A stretch of 20,000 bases of DNA, from positions 5,186,153 to 5,206,152 of the forward strand of contig NW_003526941.1 in the NCBI RefSeq assembly GCF_000181795.1, read 5' to 3'. The stretch is from Trichinella spiralis. Taxonomy: Eukaryota. The stretch's first letter is position 1. Every line of letters starts with the position of its first letter. The notes below the pieces were generated by a model that had not been told where the DNA came from, made no database searches, and was given only the letters and a program-made list of their open reading frames with translations. This document shows positions 1 to 17,078 of this stretch, piece by piece. Both the position numbers and the translations under genes were made by a program.

Positions 1-185
1 AGCAAAAACTGTAACATCATCATAAATATTAAAAGTATAAAAATGCAAAAGTCAACAACAAAATTATGATAACTGCCGATTTCACAAAAAAAGGAATAAT
101 TTTTTCTCACAGATGTGAGAAGAAAGAAGAAAGAAAGCAGAAAAAAAGGCAAACCGAATGAGTAGAAGGAGCTGAAAGAAAGTAA

Positions 186-210
186 AATAATAATTATTAT
201 TATTATAATA
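186..210. repeat. (AAT)/(ATT) microsatellite-like tract in USP 3' region
   Basis: aataataattattattattataata seen directly. Confidence 0.6.
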
Positions 211-287
211 AGCATTATTGTTGTCATAATAGGTGAATTTTTCAGGTTGTGATTGCTGAATTGATTGGTCTTTTCTTTTAAATTCAT

Positions 288-5686
<5,399 letters not shown>

Positions 5687-6454
5687 TTTATCACACGCTT
5701 TACTGATCGTCATTGATTTCTTAATGACTAATCTATTATAGAAAAACTATAACTAAATGAAAAAAGCATATCACAATGAGCGTTCTTTAAACATAATAGT
5801 AAATAGCCAAAACATACAGTTAAACGTTGGATAAATTTGAATAAAAGATAGAAAAATAACATGCAAAGGAATCAATGTTCTAAAAAAATAATAAAAAGAA
5901 AAAGGCAATATCGTACTAAAACTAACCGCAAAGTAATCTAATTTTTCAGGAAACCATATACTTCCTTGTGGGCACACAGTATAATAAAATGCAAGTATCT
6001 TAAATTGAAATTGCACGATATTCTCATTATTACGATGAATATTAGAAATCAAGTTATAATGAAATATTTTTAATAAATTTAAAATATGATGTATAATTTA
6101 AAGAAGATATACATTCTAGTTACAAATTCACAAAATGAAGATTAAAATGTCAGATATGACTACGAATATCAAAAGCATTTTCTGCACTTCTGGAGTTTTA
6201 AAATCAATATTTAAAAGAGAAATCATTGTGCTTAATATGCAAACAAATAATTATTTACTAGTTATTCAATGTTCTTTCGTATGGAGACAGTTTAATTTAT
6301 AATGCAACTAAAGCGTAATTATTTAAATATTAATTTTAAACAATCGACTTAATCAAATTTTATAAAAAATATAATGCAAATGTAAGCATAAAGTGATGAT
6401 AATGATATTACATACTTGATTTATTTTTTACTGTTATTGAATGATTAGTTGCTA

Positions 6455-7808
6455 ATGTTTTCATTAGCATCCCGTATTTTTAAAAGGTGTGTCAAATTTT
6501 GCGAACAGTAAAACCTTTTCTAAATGAATGACGTCATTTCGATAATTATAATATATATCTTACTGATAGAGTAAATTTGCATAATTTTTGTAAATAGTTA
6601 AATGTTGATCAACTTTCTTAAAGAGTAGTTATTTATTCATGAACAATTTAGATTCAAAGCAATCGAAAATTCAGTAAAAATGCTGACCGTTATTCCTGTC
6701 CCAGCGTTGAGTGATAACTATATGTATGTTCTTACGGATGAAGAGCGTACAGCAGTAGCTGTTGTTGATCCTGTGGAACCCATGAAGGTTTGCTAATACA
6801 TTTTTTTCCAACTCATGTTACTATGTTAATTTAGATTCTTAATGTACTCAAAAAAAACAATCTTACTCTCACGCATGTTCTTGTTACCCATCATCACAGG
6901 TAATTCTTAAATTTTGTTAACATTAGTTAAAATTTTTGCAGAATAAAATGGAATGTTGTTTTCAATATTTTTAGTGATCATGCTGGTGGAAATGAAGAGT
7001 TATCAAATCTTCTGCATTCTGAAGGTTTGCCAAGAGTTATGTTTATTGGTGGAGACGATCGAATTCCTTGTTTAAATGAAAAAGTTGTTCACGGACAGGA
7101 ACTCAAGGTATTTTGTCACACCACAAGTAGACTGTTAAATTTACATATCCATAATTATTGGTGATATATAAATATAGATTGGTGAAATAAGCGTATTGTG
7201 CGTGCATACTCCTTGTCACACTAGAGGACATATTTGTTATTACGTGACTGATAAAAAGAATGATAAGGTGGTTTTTACAGGTATGTAGAAGAAGCATAAA
7301 ACAGTGTTGAGCGATTGTACAGTTTTTTAGGTGATACACTATTCATTGGTGGATGTGGAAGATTTTTCGAAGGCACTGGAAGAGATATGTATGAAGCACT
7401 TATAAATCGACTGGGTAATCTTCCAAACGATACGAAAGTTTATTGTGGCCATGAGTATACGTTGTCAAATTTGAAATTTGCCCTCACTGTGGAACCTGAA
7501 AACTCAGATTTAAAAAAATACATGGAAACTGTGCAGGCAATGTATTTTGAAGTTTTTTGAGTTGATAAATGTAAATGTAATTTTTTAGAAACAGTTGGAT
7601 GAAGGTAAATTTACAGTTCCATCATTAATTGGAAATGAGAAAAAATTTAATCCATTTATGCGTGTGATGTAAGTAGGCTTTTTTGTTTGGTACATCAGAT
7701 ATATTATTGCATTTCAGGGAGTCGTCATTGAAAAAGTATGCAAATGCTGATGATCCTATTGCTGTGATGAATTATGTTCGCGAAATGAAAAATAATTTTA
7801 GAGGATAA
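6455..7808 (+). CDS. HAGH: Hydroxyacylglutathione hydrolase (glyoxalase II), with putative N-terminal mitochondrial extension
   Basis: Core exons: 6680-6787, 6835-6899, 6975-7107, 7178-7280, 7331-7536, 7589-7668, 7718-7808. Motifs: [66 protein letters not shown] putative upstream exon 6455-6486 spliced to 6652 adds [20 protein letters not shown] (less certain than the core). Confidence 0.95.
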
Positions 7809-8739
7809 TATCATGCTTTTTTCAACAGAAAAAAATTTTGATATTTAAATATTATTTTAGATAATTTAAAATCCTTAATTCAGATATGTGATTTCATTGA
7901 AATTTTTGGTATTGGAAAAGTTTCTTTAAATAAAACAACTGTAAAACAGTTTTTTATTTTATGTATACATGTTTTTGGTAAATAAATTAGCTGGAAAAAA
8001 TAGTTTTAATGACAGTTAGCAATTCATTGACACCGATGATAATTTAAAAATTTTTTAGGAAGGAAATTTGAAGCATCATAAATTGTACATATGTTTTATC
8101 AATTAACATGGGCATAAAATTTCCGTTTTCTACTGTACTTTTATTAAAACTAGTTTGAAAATTTTCACAGTTAAGCAACTGAGAAAAAATTTTAAACGTA
8201 ATGTTTGGTTTGGAAAATGTTATGAAAATGAAATTAGCTATCAACATACAAACAACTAAGTTTCCAAAGATTGAATAAATTATTTAATATGAAAAAATAA
8301 AATAAAGTAATATAATGAATTATGAAAATAAAATAATTTTTCTAATAAAACTTAAAATATGAAATGCAATATTTCATTGAACACGCATTCAAAATTATTG
8401 CAACGTGTCACATTTTTTATACAAATTGTACATAATTTTCATTAATAGATACTGTATTTTGTTACGTGTATTGCTAAATAAAAAAAATTACGGCAAAACA
8501 AAAAGATTTTTAGGGTTTAAGCTATTTTTTCAATTAAAAAATATTTCGAATAAATTCATGAATTGATTTTTTCCATAAATGAGTTCAGTTTGAGTGCACT
8601 AAAATGTAATGCGTCAAACGATTCTCAAGATTTTTCATTTGTACTTAAATGTTTACTGTAGTAGCTTGTTGGTCATTGTAGATCGTGAATGTGTAGCGGT
8701 CGAAGTCGCTGAAAATTTTGTTTTTTGTCTTTCAGGGTG

Positions 8740-10842
8740 ATGTCGGAGAGAGAAAACACGCCCACCAAACACGTATTGTGCCGTTATTATATGAACGGTT
8801 TCTGCCGCAATGGACAGCAATGCACTTTTTCGCACAATCGAGCTGATCAACCTTCAATGGTTTGTCGGTATTTTGCTAGGGGAAATTGTACTTACGGCAG
8901 CAGATGCAGGTAATTATGGGTCTTCCATTGCAGTAAAAGAGCGTAAAATGAAATTTTTTAGAAGAAGAACATAAACTTTTCTGATATAACATAAATCTTT
9001 TTTTGCATCTTAAAGCTAAATAATCTTATACTAACTATTATATGACGTTATTTAGCTTTGTCGTTTTCCTTTGCAAGATGATGTTTTTAATCAAGTTTTT
9101 ATTCATGCAGCAATGCGACTGCGTTTAACATATAAGTTTTTGTGTAATTTTGTTGATTGAACGTTTTATGCTATTTTTGGCGCCTTAAAATAGTTTATTT
9201 TCAAATTTGTCTTCATTTGACAACTTTTTCTTATAAAGCTATAGCGAATGTTTTGTAAGTGCAATATTTTATTGTTTTGATTTTGCGTCTGTAATTTTGT
9301 CATTTTTGTATGTTTTTTTGATTTTAGGTTGGTATTGTATTTAATACATGCTAGTCTTTTAGTGTTTTTATTGCTTTTTGACGCTTTCTTAAATTACAGT
9401 TAAAAGTTATGATTTGCATTATTTAGATACGATCACATCCGACCTTCTTGGACGTTAAGAAATCTAGATAATGTAGGTTTTCCTGTGGTTGATGAGACGA
9501 CAGCAAAAGAGGATAGTGATATTGAGGCTGCAACTATACAGTTGAGCTCTCTTCGTCTTGAAGCGCCCGCATTTGTCCCAACTTCCGGTGTCAGCAGTTC
9601 AGGTTTTTTCATCTTTTGAATGTTCATTCTAAAAAATGTTCACTATATAAATCCATGATTTTTCAATTATTGTTAAAATTTGTTTGCAGATTTTGAAGAA
9701 AGCTAATTTGCATTTGTAATCCATTCAGTTAACCTAATTAAATTAACTTCTTTCAGATTTAGCATATTTCTTTGTTTATTTTACCTATGTACGATATTGT
9801 TTACATTTTAGACAGAACAATTTCTTTCATATGTTAATGTTTAGCATCTTCACGTACGTACGCTGAAGTTGTTGGAAAAGATGAGACAACTGATAATGAC
9901 AGTGTAAAAAAGCAAGTTTTATGTGGATACAACGTGATGGGAACTTGTCCATTCGGCGAGAAATGCACATACGTTCACGGTGAGATGTGTGATCTCTGCC
10001 AACGAGCGATTCTAATTCCGGGTGATGAAACTTATAATTCCACACATCGCCAGGTAGAATTTATTATTTGGTATATTTTGTTTATCAAATTATATCTTCT
10101 TTTTCAATGAATAGGAATGCATGGCCGAACACGAGAAACAAATGGAAGTGGCATTTACAATTGCTCGCAGTAGTGATAAGCAGTGTGGCATTTGCATGGA
10201 AACTGTGATGGAAAAGGCAGATGAATCGAATCGGTCTTTTGGAATTTTGCCCAACTGCAAGCATTGTTTTTGTCTTCAGTGCATTCGCCAATGGCGTGGG
10301 ACTAATGAGTTTGACTTGAAAAACACGCGGTATACGGTTTATTTAAGCGAAATATGTTTGTTCTCTTATTACTGTTCTTTCTTTATAATTGCATAATTTT
10401 TTGTAGCGCTTGCCCAGAATGTCGAGTGATATCCGATTTTGTAGTGCCATCGTCATTTTGGGTAGAAACAGCCGAAGAGCGAGCTTGTTTGATTGATTCT
10501 TACAAATCCTCATTGAAACAACGTCGTTGCAAATACTACATACATGGACAACGCGAATGTCAGTTTGGGAATAAATGCTTCTACCGTCACGAAGATCCAG
10601 AAGGTCGTTTAATCGAAGGCGACAGTCCTCGAACAATAAGAAGGCGTATGCGGAGGATGAATCGCAATCGACGCCGTCAGTCGAATCCCTTTCACCGAGA
10701 TTTCCTCTACCTGGGTCGGTTTATGGAAGCAGCTATTGTAAACGAAGAGATAACGGGAGCATTGAATGACATTTTGGACGAATCAGGTGGCGAAGATTAT
10801 TTTCCCAGCGATTCTGATGACGATTATTACACCTGGTTTTGA
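8740..10842 (+). CDS. MKRN1: Makorin (CCCH zinc finger / RING E3 ubiquitin ligase)
   Basis: Exons 8740-8909, 9427-9602, 9845-10053, 10115-10329, 10407-10842. Two N-terminal CCCH fingers (CRYYMNGFCRNGQQCTFSH; CRYFARGNCTYGSRCRYDH), a third CCCH plus the makorin Cys-His motif, a RING (CGICMET..FGILPNCKHCFCLQCIRQWR..CPECR) and a C-terminal CCCH (CKYYIHGQRECQFGNKCFYRH). TTTCAG acceptor ends at 8735, just before the ATG. The symbol denotes the family, not a specific paralogue. Confidence 0.95.
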
Positions 10843-11146
10843 GCAGTTTCATCACTTGACCATCGTACAATATACCGTTAATTTTAATTAATTCAGTGCA
10901 ATTCTTATTGTTTTATTTTTACTACAGTAAGGTTACATCAAGAGTGGTACACTTGCCAAGTTACAGCACGCTTTTTTGTTTGTGTAAGCTTCGCTTTCTC
11001 GTCAATTGAATTATCATTGTTGTTACTGCTTGACAAGTAGGCAGTTCAACATTTTGTTCTTCTTTACTCGAGAACGCGTACGCATCTTTTTTTCATTTTT
11101 ATCATCGCCACATGTAGGTTTTTTCTTTTTATTCCGAACACTGTTG

Positions 11147-11179
11147 TTATTACTATTATTATTATTATTATTATTATTA
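11147..11179. repeat. (TTA)n microsatellite between convergent makorin and MED4 3' ends
   Basis: ttattactattattattattattattattatta. Confidence 0.9.
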
Positions 11180-11424
11180 GTTTTTCTATTTTAATGTTTT
11201 CCTTCGATTGGTTATGACGTACTGCTGTAAGAAGTTGTTTTGTGATGACGGATTCGTGATGAAAAAGCAGCGTTAAATGATACAAAGCTTTTTTTTTTAC
11301 AAAATTAACGTTCCTTAAATATACAATACAGCAATTGTCAGAACATTATTATGTTTTGTGTATATGCAACAAATTACTTGTTATAAGAATTAAAAAAAGC
11401 ATTTGCCTGAAACGGCTGTAACAT

Positions 11425-12751
11425 TTAACCGACACTGTCACTGGACGAACTGCTAGAGGAATCTGAGCTCATTGCCTCGACAACGTCGTCCACTACGACA
11501 ACGCTTGATGAAGTCGGTGTTGCTGTTGCTGCTGCTGCTGCTGCGGTATCGCGTTTCACCAAAGGCGATCCGGTGGTGATGATGGGCGATGATTCTCGAA
11601 TTGGCTGTCGGATGGAAGCTGTGCCACGCCCAGACAGCGATGATGGAATGTTTGGAGACGGTGGAACTGGTAGACGATTCTTAGGTGAAATAAGCTGCGA
11701 CGCTGCAGGCCTAGGTGATGGCCAGCCGAGTTTCGGCGGTGCCATCATGTGTGCTACCGATTCTGTAGCAACAGATGAAACGAAACAAAACAAAATCCAC
11801 TATTTTAATTAATTATTCCACTCGTCTATTTTCTACCTGAACTGTGGAGACTGTCCACGCCAGATAAATGTGGCATTGTCGCGGCTCCGGTCCCAAACGG
11901 CGTTGCCGCCACAGCTGGAGATACGTAATCCGCTGAACCCGTCACTCTGGCTAGCCAACCGGATCGCATTTCAATATCAAGTGGAAATGGCCTCTCTATG
12001 TCGCCTAGATTAAGTGCAAAATGTACACTAAGCACTAATCATTCTGTTGTACTGTATTCTTATTAAGTTGACATCACAGCAGTGATGAAAACATTCAACA
12101 ATGAAAATGTCACTGCTCACCAACTTGCCAATTCATTGGCGCAGAGACAGAGTAAGCTGCACTGATACGATGCGCGTAACGAATCACTTCTTCGGGGGAA
12201 ACTTTTCGCAATTCCGACTGAGCAATGGATTTCAATTTCAAATTTGCTTGAAAAATAGCGTTTGTCTAGAAATAACCAAAAGCATTTATTAATAACAAAA
12301 ACAGCATGCTAATTGCATGCATATATGTACCAGAGTGGATTCAGATTCTATGAGACAGGTGCGTAAACGTTCAATGTATTCATCACGAACGGCAATTTCG
12401 CTTTCGAGAGCATCAATTAAACGTTGGCGTTCGGTTTGCATTTTCGCTTAAACAATATTCACTTTTAAAACAATACAAAAACAACTGCCTTCAGGTACAA
12501 ATTAGGGTTTAGCATTAAAAATGGATATTGCCAAACTTCTCACCAACTTTCAGCAATTCCTCGAGGTGATCTTCTTTCACTTTAAACAACTCTATTAAGT
12601 CAGAAAGTTTGAAATCGTGATGAAGTCGACTTTCTTTCGAAACGGTCAGGATTTCGCTAACTTGTCGACATATTAATTCCAAATCGTCAACTACATCTAA
12701 CAATTGCCTTCTCACACTTTCACAGTCATCTTCATTGGTTGAATAATTCAT
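11425..12751 (-). CDS. MED4: Mediator of RNA polymerase II transcription subunit 4
   Basis: Exons 12751-12544, 12446-12331, 12265-12121, 12004-11837, 11762-11425. The spliced [42 protein letters not shown] matches the MED4 signature as I recall it (AHRIS..APxxW..GD..RPYPTDxEMRSG). N-terminal RQLLDVVDDLELI and C-terminal MSSDSSSSSSSD also fit MED4. Confidence 0.9.
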
Positions 12752-13006
12752 TTTAAAGTAATAAGAAAATTGACTTCAAACTGGCATATGCATACAGTAC
12801 CAAACATATTCAAGTTCAAATACTTTTGTCTTTAAGTGCGGAAGAAATATTTTTTTGTTTTTATTATTGCTCAAAAGTATGCTTATGCAGATATTTATAT
12901 CTTTAAAAACTTTTAATATATTTTGTATTCTAATTAAACGCTAATAATGCGCTTGATTGCATGCCTGAGTTTGCATCAATCTTTGATTGGTTGATTCTGA
13001 GCGGTC

Positions 13007-13026
13007 GCAAACGCCCTCTGCTGTAG
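13007..13026 (-). promoter_or_regulatory. CTCF-like binding motif within GC-rich patch of the MED4/VPS33 divergent intergenic region
   Basis: Minus strand 13024-13012 reads ACAGCAGAGGGCG, 12/13 match to the core consensus CCASYAGRKGGCR. Sequence match only. Confidence 0.4.
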
Positions 13027-13729
13027 AAACGTCGCTCTGATGTTTGCCGCGCGGTTTGAACAAAGAAGTCGATTAAAATGAAGAATATGTGTAAAACATA
13101 TATGTGTTAACATAATCCAACATTGATCTTTACCAGAATGCATGCGGTCATCTTTAAGTTCATAATAGAATAAGGTGCTTATTGAATATTGGCTTATGAT
13201 AATGTATTGCTTTTTGTTCAGCTTAAATATTTCAAATTTATCACATTCAATAAAATAAATTTATTAATCAAATAAATTAAATCAAATCAAATTTGAATAA
13301 AATTCTCAATACACTGATAATCATTCAGGCTATTCAAAGACAGATACTCGCTAAGACGGCGGTGTTTTTTCGAATCGTGCTACTCACAGATGAAAACTTT
13401 GATATGTTCGTGCCTTCCAAAAAGTTATTATCTGTTGTGTTTACTTTCTGTTGCTTTGAAAGGAAGTGTCAGACAGTTCATTTTTTCTAATTTCCATTAT
13501 TTCTTCTTCTGGGTTGCCTACTATTTTAAGTTAGAACTCTCGTTTGCACAAAATTTAGTTGACGTTTATAAAAATTTGTTAATAATTCAAATTAGCTTCT
13601 TTAATCACGCATTTATGAATACTTTATTTACACAACTTGAATATTTTTAAACTACGGTAATATTTACATTTCACTTTGCCATTGTGCAACTTCTGCAATC
13701 GACTTTTATTAATTGTTTGTTTAATAATA

Positions 13730-16326
13730 ATGGATGCAAGTGCTGATTCTTCCTCCAGCAATGTTTCATTTTCCACAGTAAAGGAAGTCAGTCGAAAGTT
13801 ACTGTTTAGTGCTCTTGACAAATGGAGCGGTTCGAAGGTATACCACGTGCCACTGAATAACAGTTTATCCTTCATGACATGGTATTTTTAAGACACTAGT
13901 TTGGGATGTGGATTTGATGAATCCTTTCAATTTAATTACCGGTTTCAAAGAATTGCAAGTATGAATCAGATTGAATAATTTTAGTAATACATTTTTTGGG
14001 GTTTTAGGATCATCAAGTTGTGCAAATGTTACTTTTAAGGTTGGGTTCAGTTGTATCTGACCCTAGTTCAAGGATTGTATTTTTGATGCATCCTAAAGTG
14101 CGCTACGCAGCAGTCGTAGCCGACATTGTGCACAGCACGTTAAAACAATTTGACAACCCGCGATTTCATTTGATTTTTGTACCTCAAAGGTCTGTCATCT
14201 GTGAATATGAATTGAAACGATACGATATTATTAAAAAATTATCCTCCATTGAACAACTGCCTATTTATTTTTATGCTTGGGATGATGATTTGATATCTAT
14301 GGAAAATGAATGGTTTCCTGTGAGTTTTGATTTTGCTTTCTCAGTTTAGAGCCAACAATTAGCCACTGCTATATATGTTGATTGTTGATCATTGTGCAGA
14401 ATTTCGTTTTGTTGAGCTGTCCATATTTTTATGTGATTTTAGCCTGATTTAGCACGCAACTGCCAGTGACGATTACAACATGATTTCAATGATATCTCGT
14501 GGGTTGATTCATTTGGAAGAAATTTACGGTCCCATCAATAACATATATTGTAAAGGCAACATGGCGAAAGTAAGTGAGTTTGTCTGTTTGGAAAATATTT
14601 TCTTATCTTGTATTTGCAGGATATTTACGATGCTTGGTCATTGCAACGGCAGACCGATAGTTGGCGTACATTGACAGCTTTCGATTCATACATTGATTCC
14701 ATCATTATATTTGACCGGTCAATTGATTATATCACACCGATGGTAACCCAGCTAACTTATGAGGGTTTAATTGATGAAATTTTTGGCATAAAATGTGGTA
14801 AGAAAATTATTGCTTGTTTTGAATTTGCTTTTTGTCTAAGTGAAACAAAATTGTTCGATCGTTTCAAGCGAGTGTGAAAATGCAGAAAATGGAATCGCTT
14901 GAAGATATTGAAGAAGCGAACAAGTCGCACGATTCAGTGGGCATTTTGTCGACCAGCAGCGGCAGTCAGGATCGAATACAAATTTCATTGAATTCAAAAC
15001 AGTGTTTGTATTCTGAATTGAGAGATTTGAACTTTCATGCAGTTGGTTCCACATTGAGCAAAAGTATCAAAGAAGTTTCACGTCAGCTTGATGCAAGTTC
15101 ACTGTTTTGATTACTGTAATGTAATGACAACCAACAATGAATTGTGGTAATTTTGAACTTCAGCAAAGACATACGGCAAATTCGGTGAGAGAATACAAGG
15201 AATTTGTGAAAAAGCTTCCCACACTGCAGGCCAGTCGTTCCGCGGCTGCTTTGCACACCAGTGTAGCCGAATTGATCAAAGAAGTAATTGCGAGCGATGA
15301 ATTTTCAAACACTTTATCCTGCGAAAGAGGTATATTTGTACAATTTCAATTGAACATTACAAAAATGAATATGGTATATTTTCAAAGAATTTCTCAACTG
15401 TATCGATTCGAACAGTCTTTCAACTTTCATCGAACAATGCATAAACAAAAAGGAACCAATGTTGAAAGTGAACTTAATTTATTTTGGAATTTTTAACACT
15501 TATTTTTCAGGCTTTAATATGTTTTTTTTCTAAGGTTCTGCGACTCATGTGTCTACAGTCATTGACGAACGCAGGTTTGAAAACGAAACTGTACGATCAG
15601 TATAGACGAGAATTTTTGCAGGTGAAGTTGAAATGATCGGCTGAACGATGTATGATTTATGATGTTTTTCTTTTGTTTTTAGTCATATGGATATCAGTAC
15701 TTGCTTTTATTTGTTGAATTGGAAAAGGTTGGTTTGTTTACGAAAAATTCAACCGACAACAGAAATCAAGCATCATCATATCCGAATATTAGAAAATTAT
15801 TTGATTTGATAATCGACAATCACACCAACGAACTGGTAAGTAGTAGTTATATTTCAGTTTAATCATGAAATTCTGCACCTCAAGGAACCGAACGACGTGT
15901 CGTACGTTTACAGCGGATATGCTCCTTTAATACCCCGGCTCTGTCAACGATGGGCGAAACCTGGTTGGACAGAAATTATGGACAATTTATCCAAAGTTCC
16001 TGGGATCACTAAGCTGGCAGCTGGTGATGAAAGTAATGTTTTTATAATGCGAATTACGCCAATATAGAGTTTCTTTTTTCAAATTTTCAGGAAGAATAAA
16101 ATCGAAAAATAGAAGAAACATTGTTCTTGTGCTTTTTGTTGGTGGCGTAACTTCCGCTGAAGTTTCAGCTTTGCGGTTTTTGTCATCACAAGAAACCAGT
16201 GAATTCAATTACTGTATATTATTTGATGAGTTTTTAATGCTTTTTTTCAATTTTAAAGGCTCTCACTTTTTGGTGGCCACAACAAGTGTCACTACTGGAG
16301 AACGACTTTTAGAATGTTTAGCGTGA
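13730..16326 (+). CDS. VPS33: Vacuolar protein sorting 33 (Sec1/Munc18 family)
   Basis: Exons 13730-13837, 13893-13958, 14008-14319, 14453-14569, 14620-14797, 14869-15092, 15164-15329, 15388-15467, 15535-15621, 15683-15835, 15885-16032, 16091-16198, 16259-16326. Motifs: [87 protein letters not shown]. Confidence 0.95.
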
Positions 16327-16754
16327 ATGGTAAAATTAACGTTTAAAAAACTTAAATTTCTGCAATGTTTGTTAAATAAAAATTGAAAAATTGCATTTCA
16401 GAAATTTTGTTTGCCAACAGTGCCTACAACTATCGCGAAATTTAAAACAACATATTAAAAAAATTATTATTAAAATAATCATTACAAACGACACATTAAA
16501 ATAATTTTATATTAAGCAAAAAGAATACTGTAATCTGCAGGTAACATGTACTGTACTTTTGTAGTGCATATCTGTATTTGGTTTTACGTTTCTTTCTTGC
16601 ATTTCCAGTATTTAATAATATTTAATTTATAATTGTTGTGATAATGCAAGTTTTTATTTTGTATAAACTTTAGCTTTTTGTCAACAAATAAGATTGATTT
16701 TAAAATAATACTTGATTTAGTATTTAGGTTGATTTTCAGAAGATATGATTATAT

Positions 16755-17074
16755 ATGGATGATTTGAACTTTGCTAGCAAAGTTTCTGAAAATATCGCTA
16801 TTGAACTTCCATCGGAAAGCTGGTTTGAACTGTTGGTACGCGTCGGTATTTATATTTCTGCGGCTTTTCAGTTGGTTTGTTTTGTCGTGTTATTTTACAG
16901 CCACTACCGAAGTCCAGCATCAAGCGAATATGTGATTGACTGTTGATTTTCCTAGTTGCTCTAGTTTAAAATAGTTGTCCATTTCAGACCACACCGTCCA
17001 CGGGCAATTGTTCAGCCACAAGAACTCCGCACAGGAAAATGCAATGTAAATTTTTTAAGAAAAAGAATAAATAA
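16755..17074 (+). CDS. MANBAL: Small single-pass membrane protein, MANBAL / UPF0239 family-like (87 aa)
   Basis: Exon 1 16755-16931 (..ELPSESWFELLVRVGIYISAAFQLVCFVVLF..) resembles, from memory, MANBAL E.[26 protein letters not shown]. A 56-nt phase-0 intron 16932-16987 (GTGATT..TTTCAG) follows. Exon 2 16988-17074 gives TTPSTGNCSATRTPHRKMQCKFFKKKNK*, the Lys-rich tail typical of the family. Confidence 0.75.
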
Positions 17075-17078
17075 TTGA

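Noticed and set aside
5771..6052. 93-aa minus-strand ORF upstream of USP
   Set aside because: Non-ATG start, Phe/Ile-rich low-complexity translation of AT-rich promoter or UTR DNA.
6886..6984. HAGH metal motif THHHSDH instead of the common THHHWDH
   Set aside because: All metal ligands of THxHxDH are intact and the variable position tolerates substitution.
11006..11285. ORFs with poly-Leu or poly-Ile between makorin and MED4
   Set aside because: Translation of the (TTA)n microsatellite in 3'UTR or intergenic DNA.
13293..13650. ORFs of 65 and 86 aa upstream of VPS33
   Set aside because: No recognisable motif, AT-rich hydrophobic composition typical of spurious ORFs, and no convincing splice model.
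13838..13892. Possible U12-type intron in VPS33 (donor GTATACC, internal TCCTTCAT)
   Set aside because: The donor lacks the GTATCCT consensus, the branch-like motif is imperfect and the intron is only 55 nt. More likely an ordinary U2 intron.
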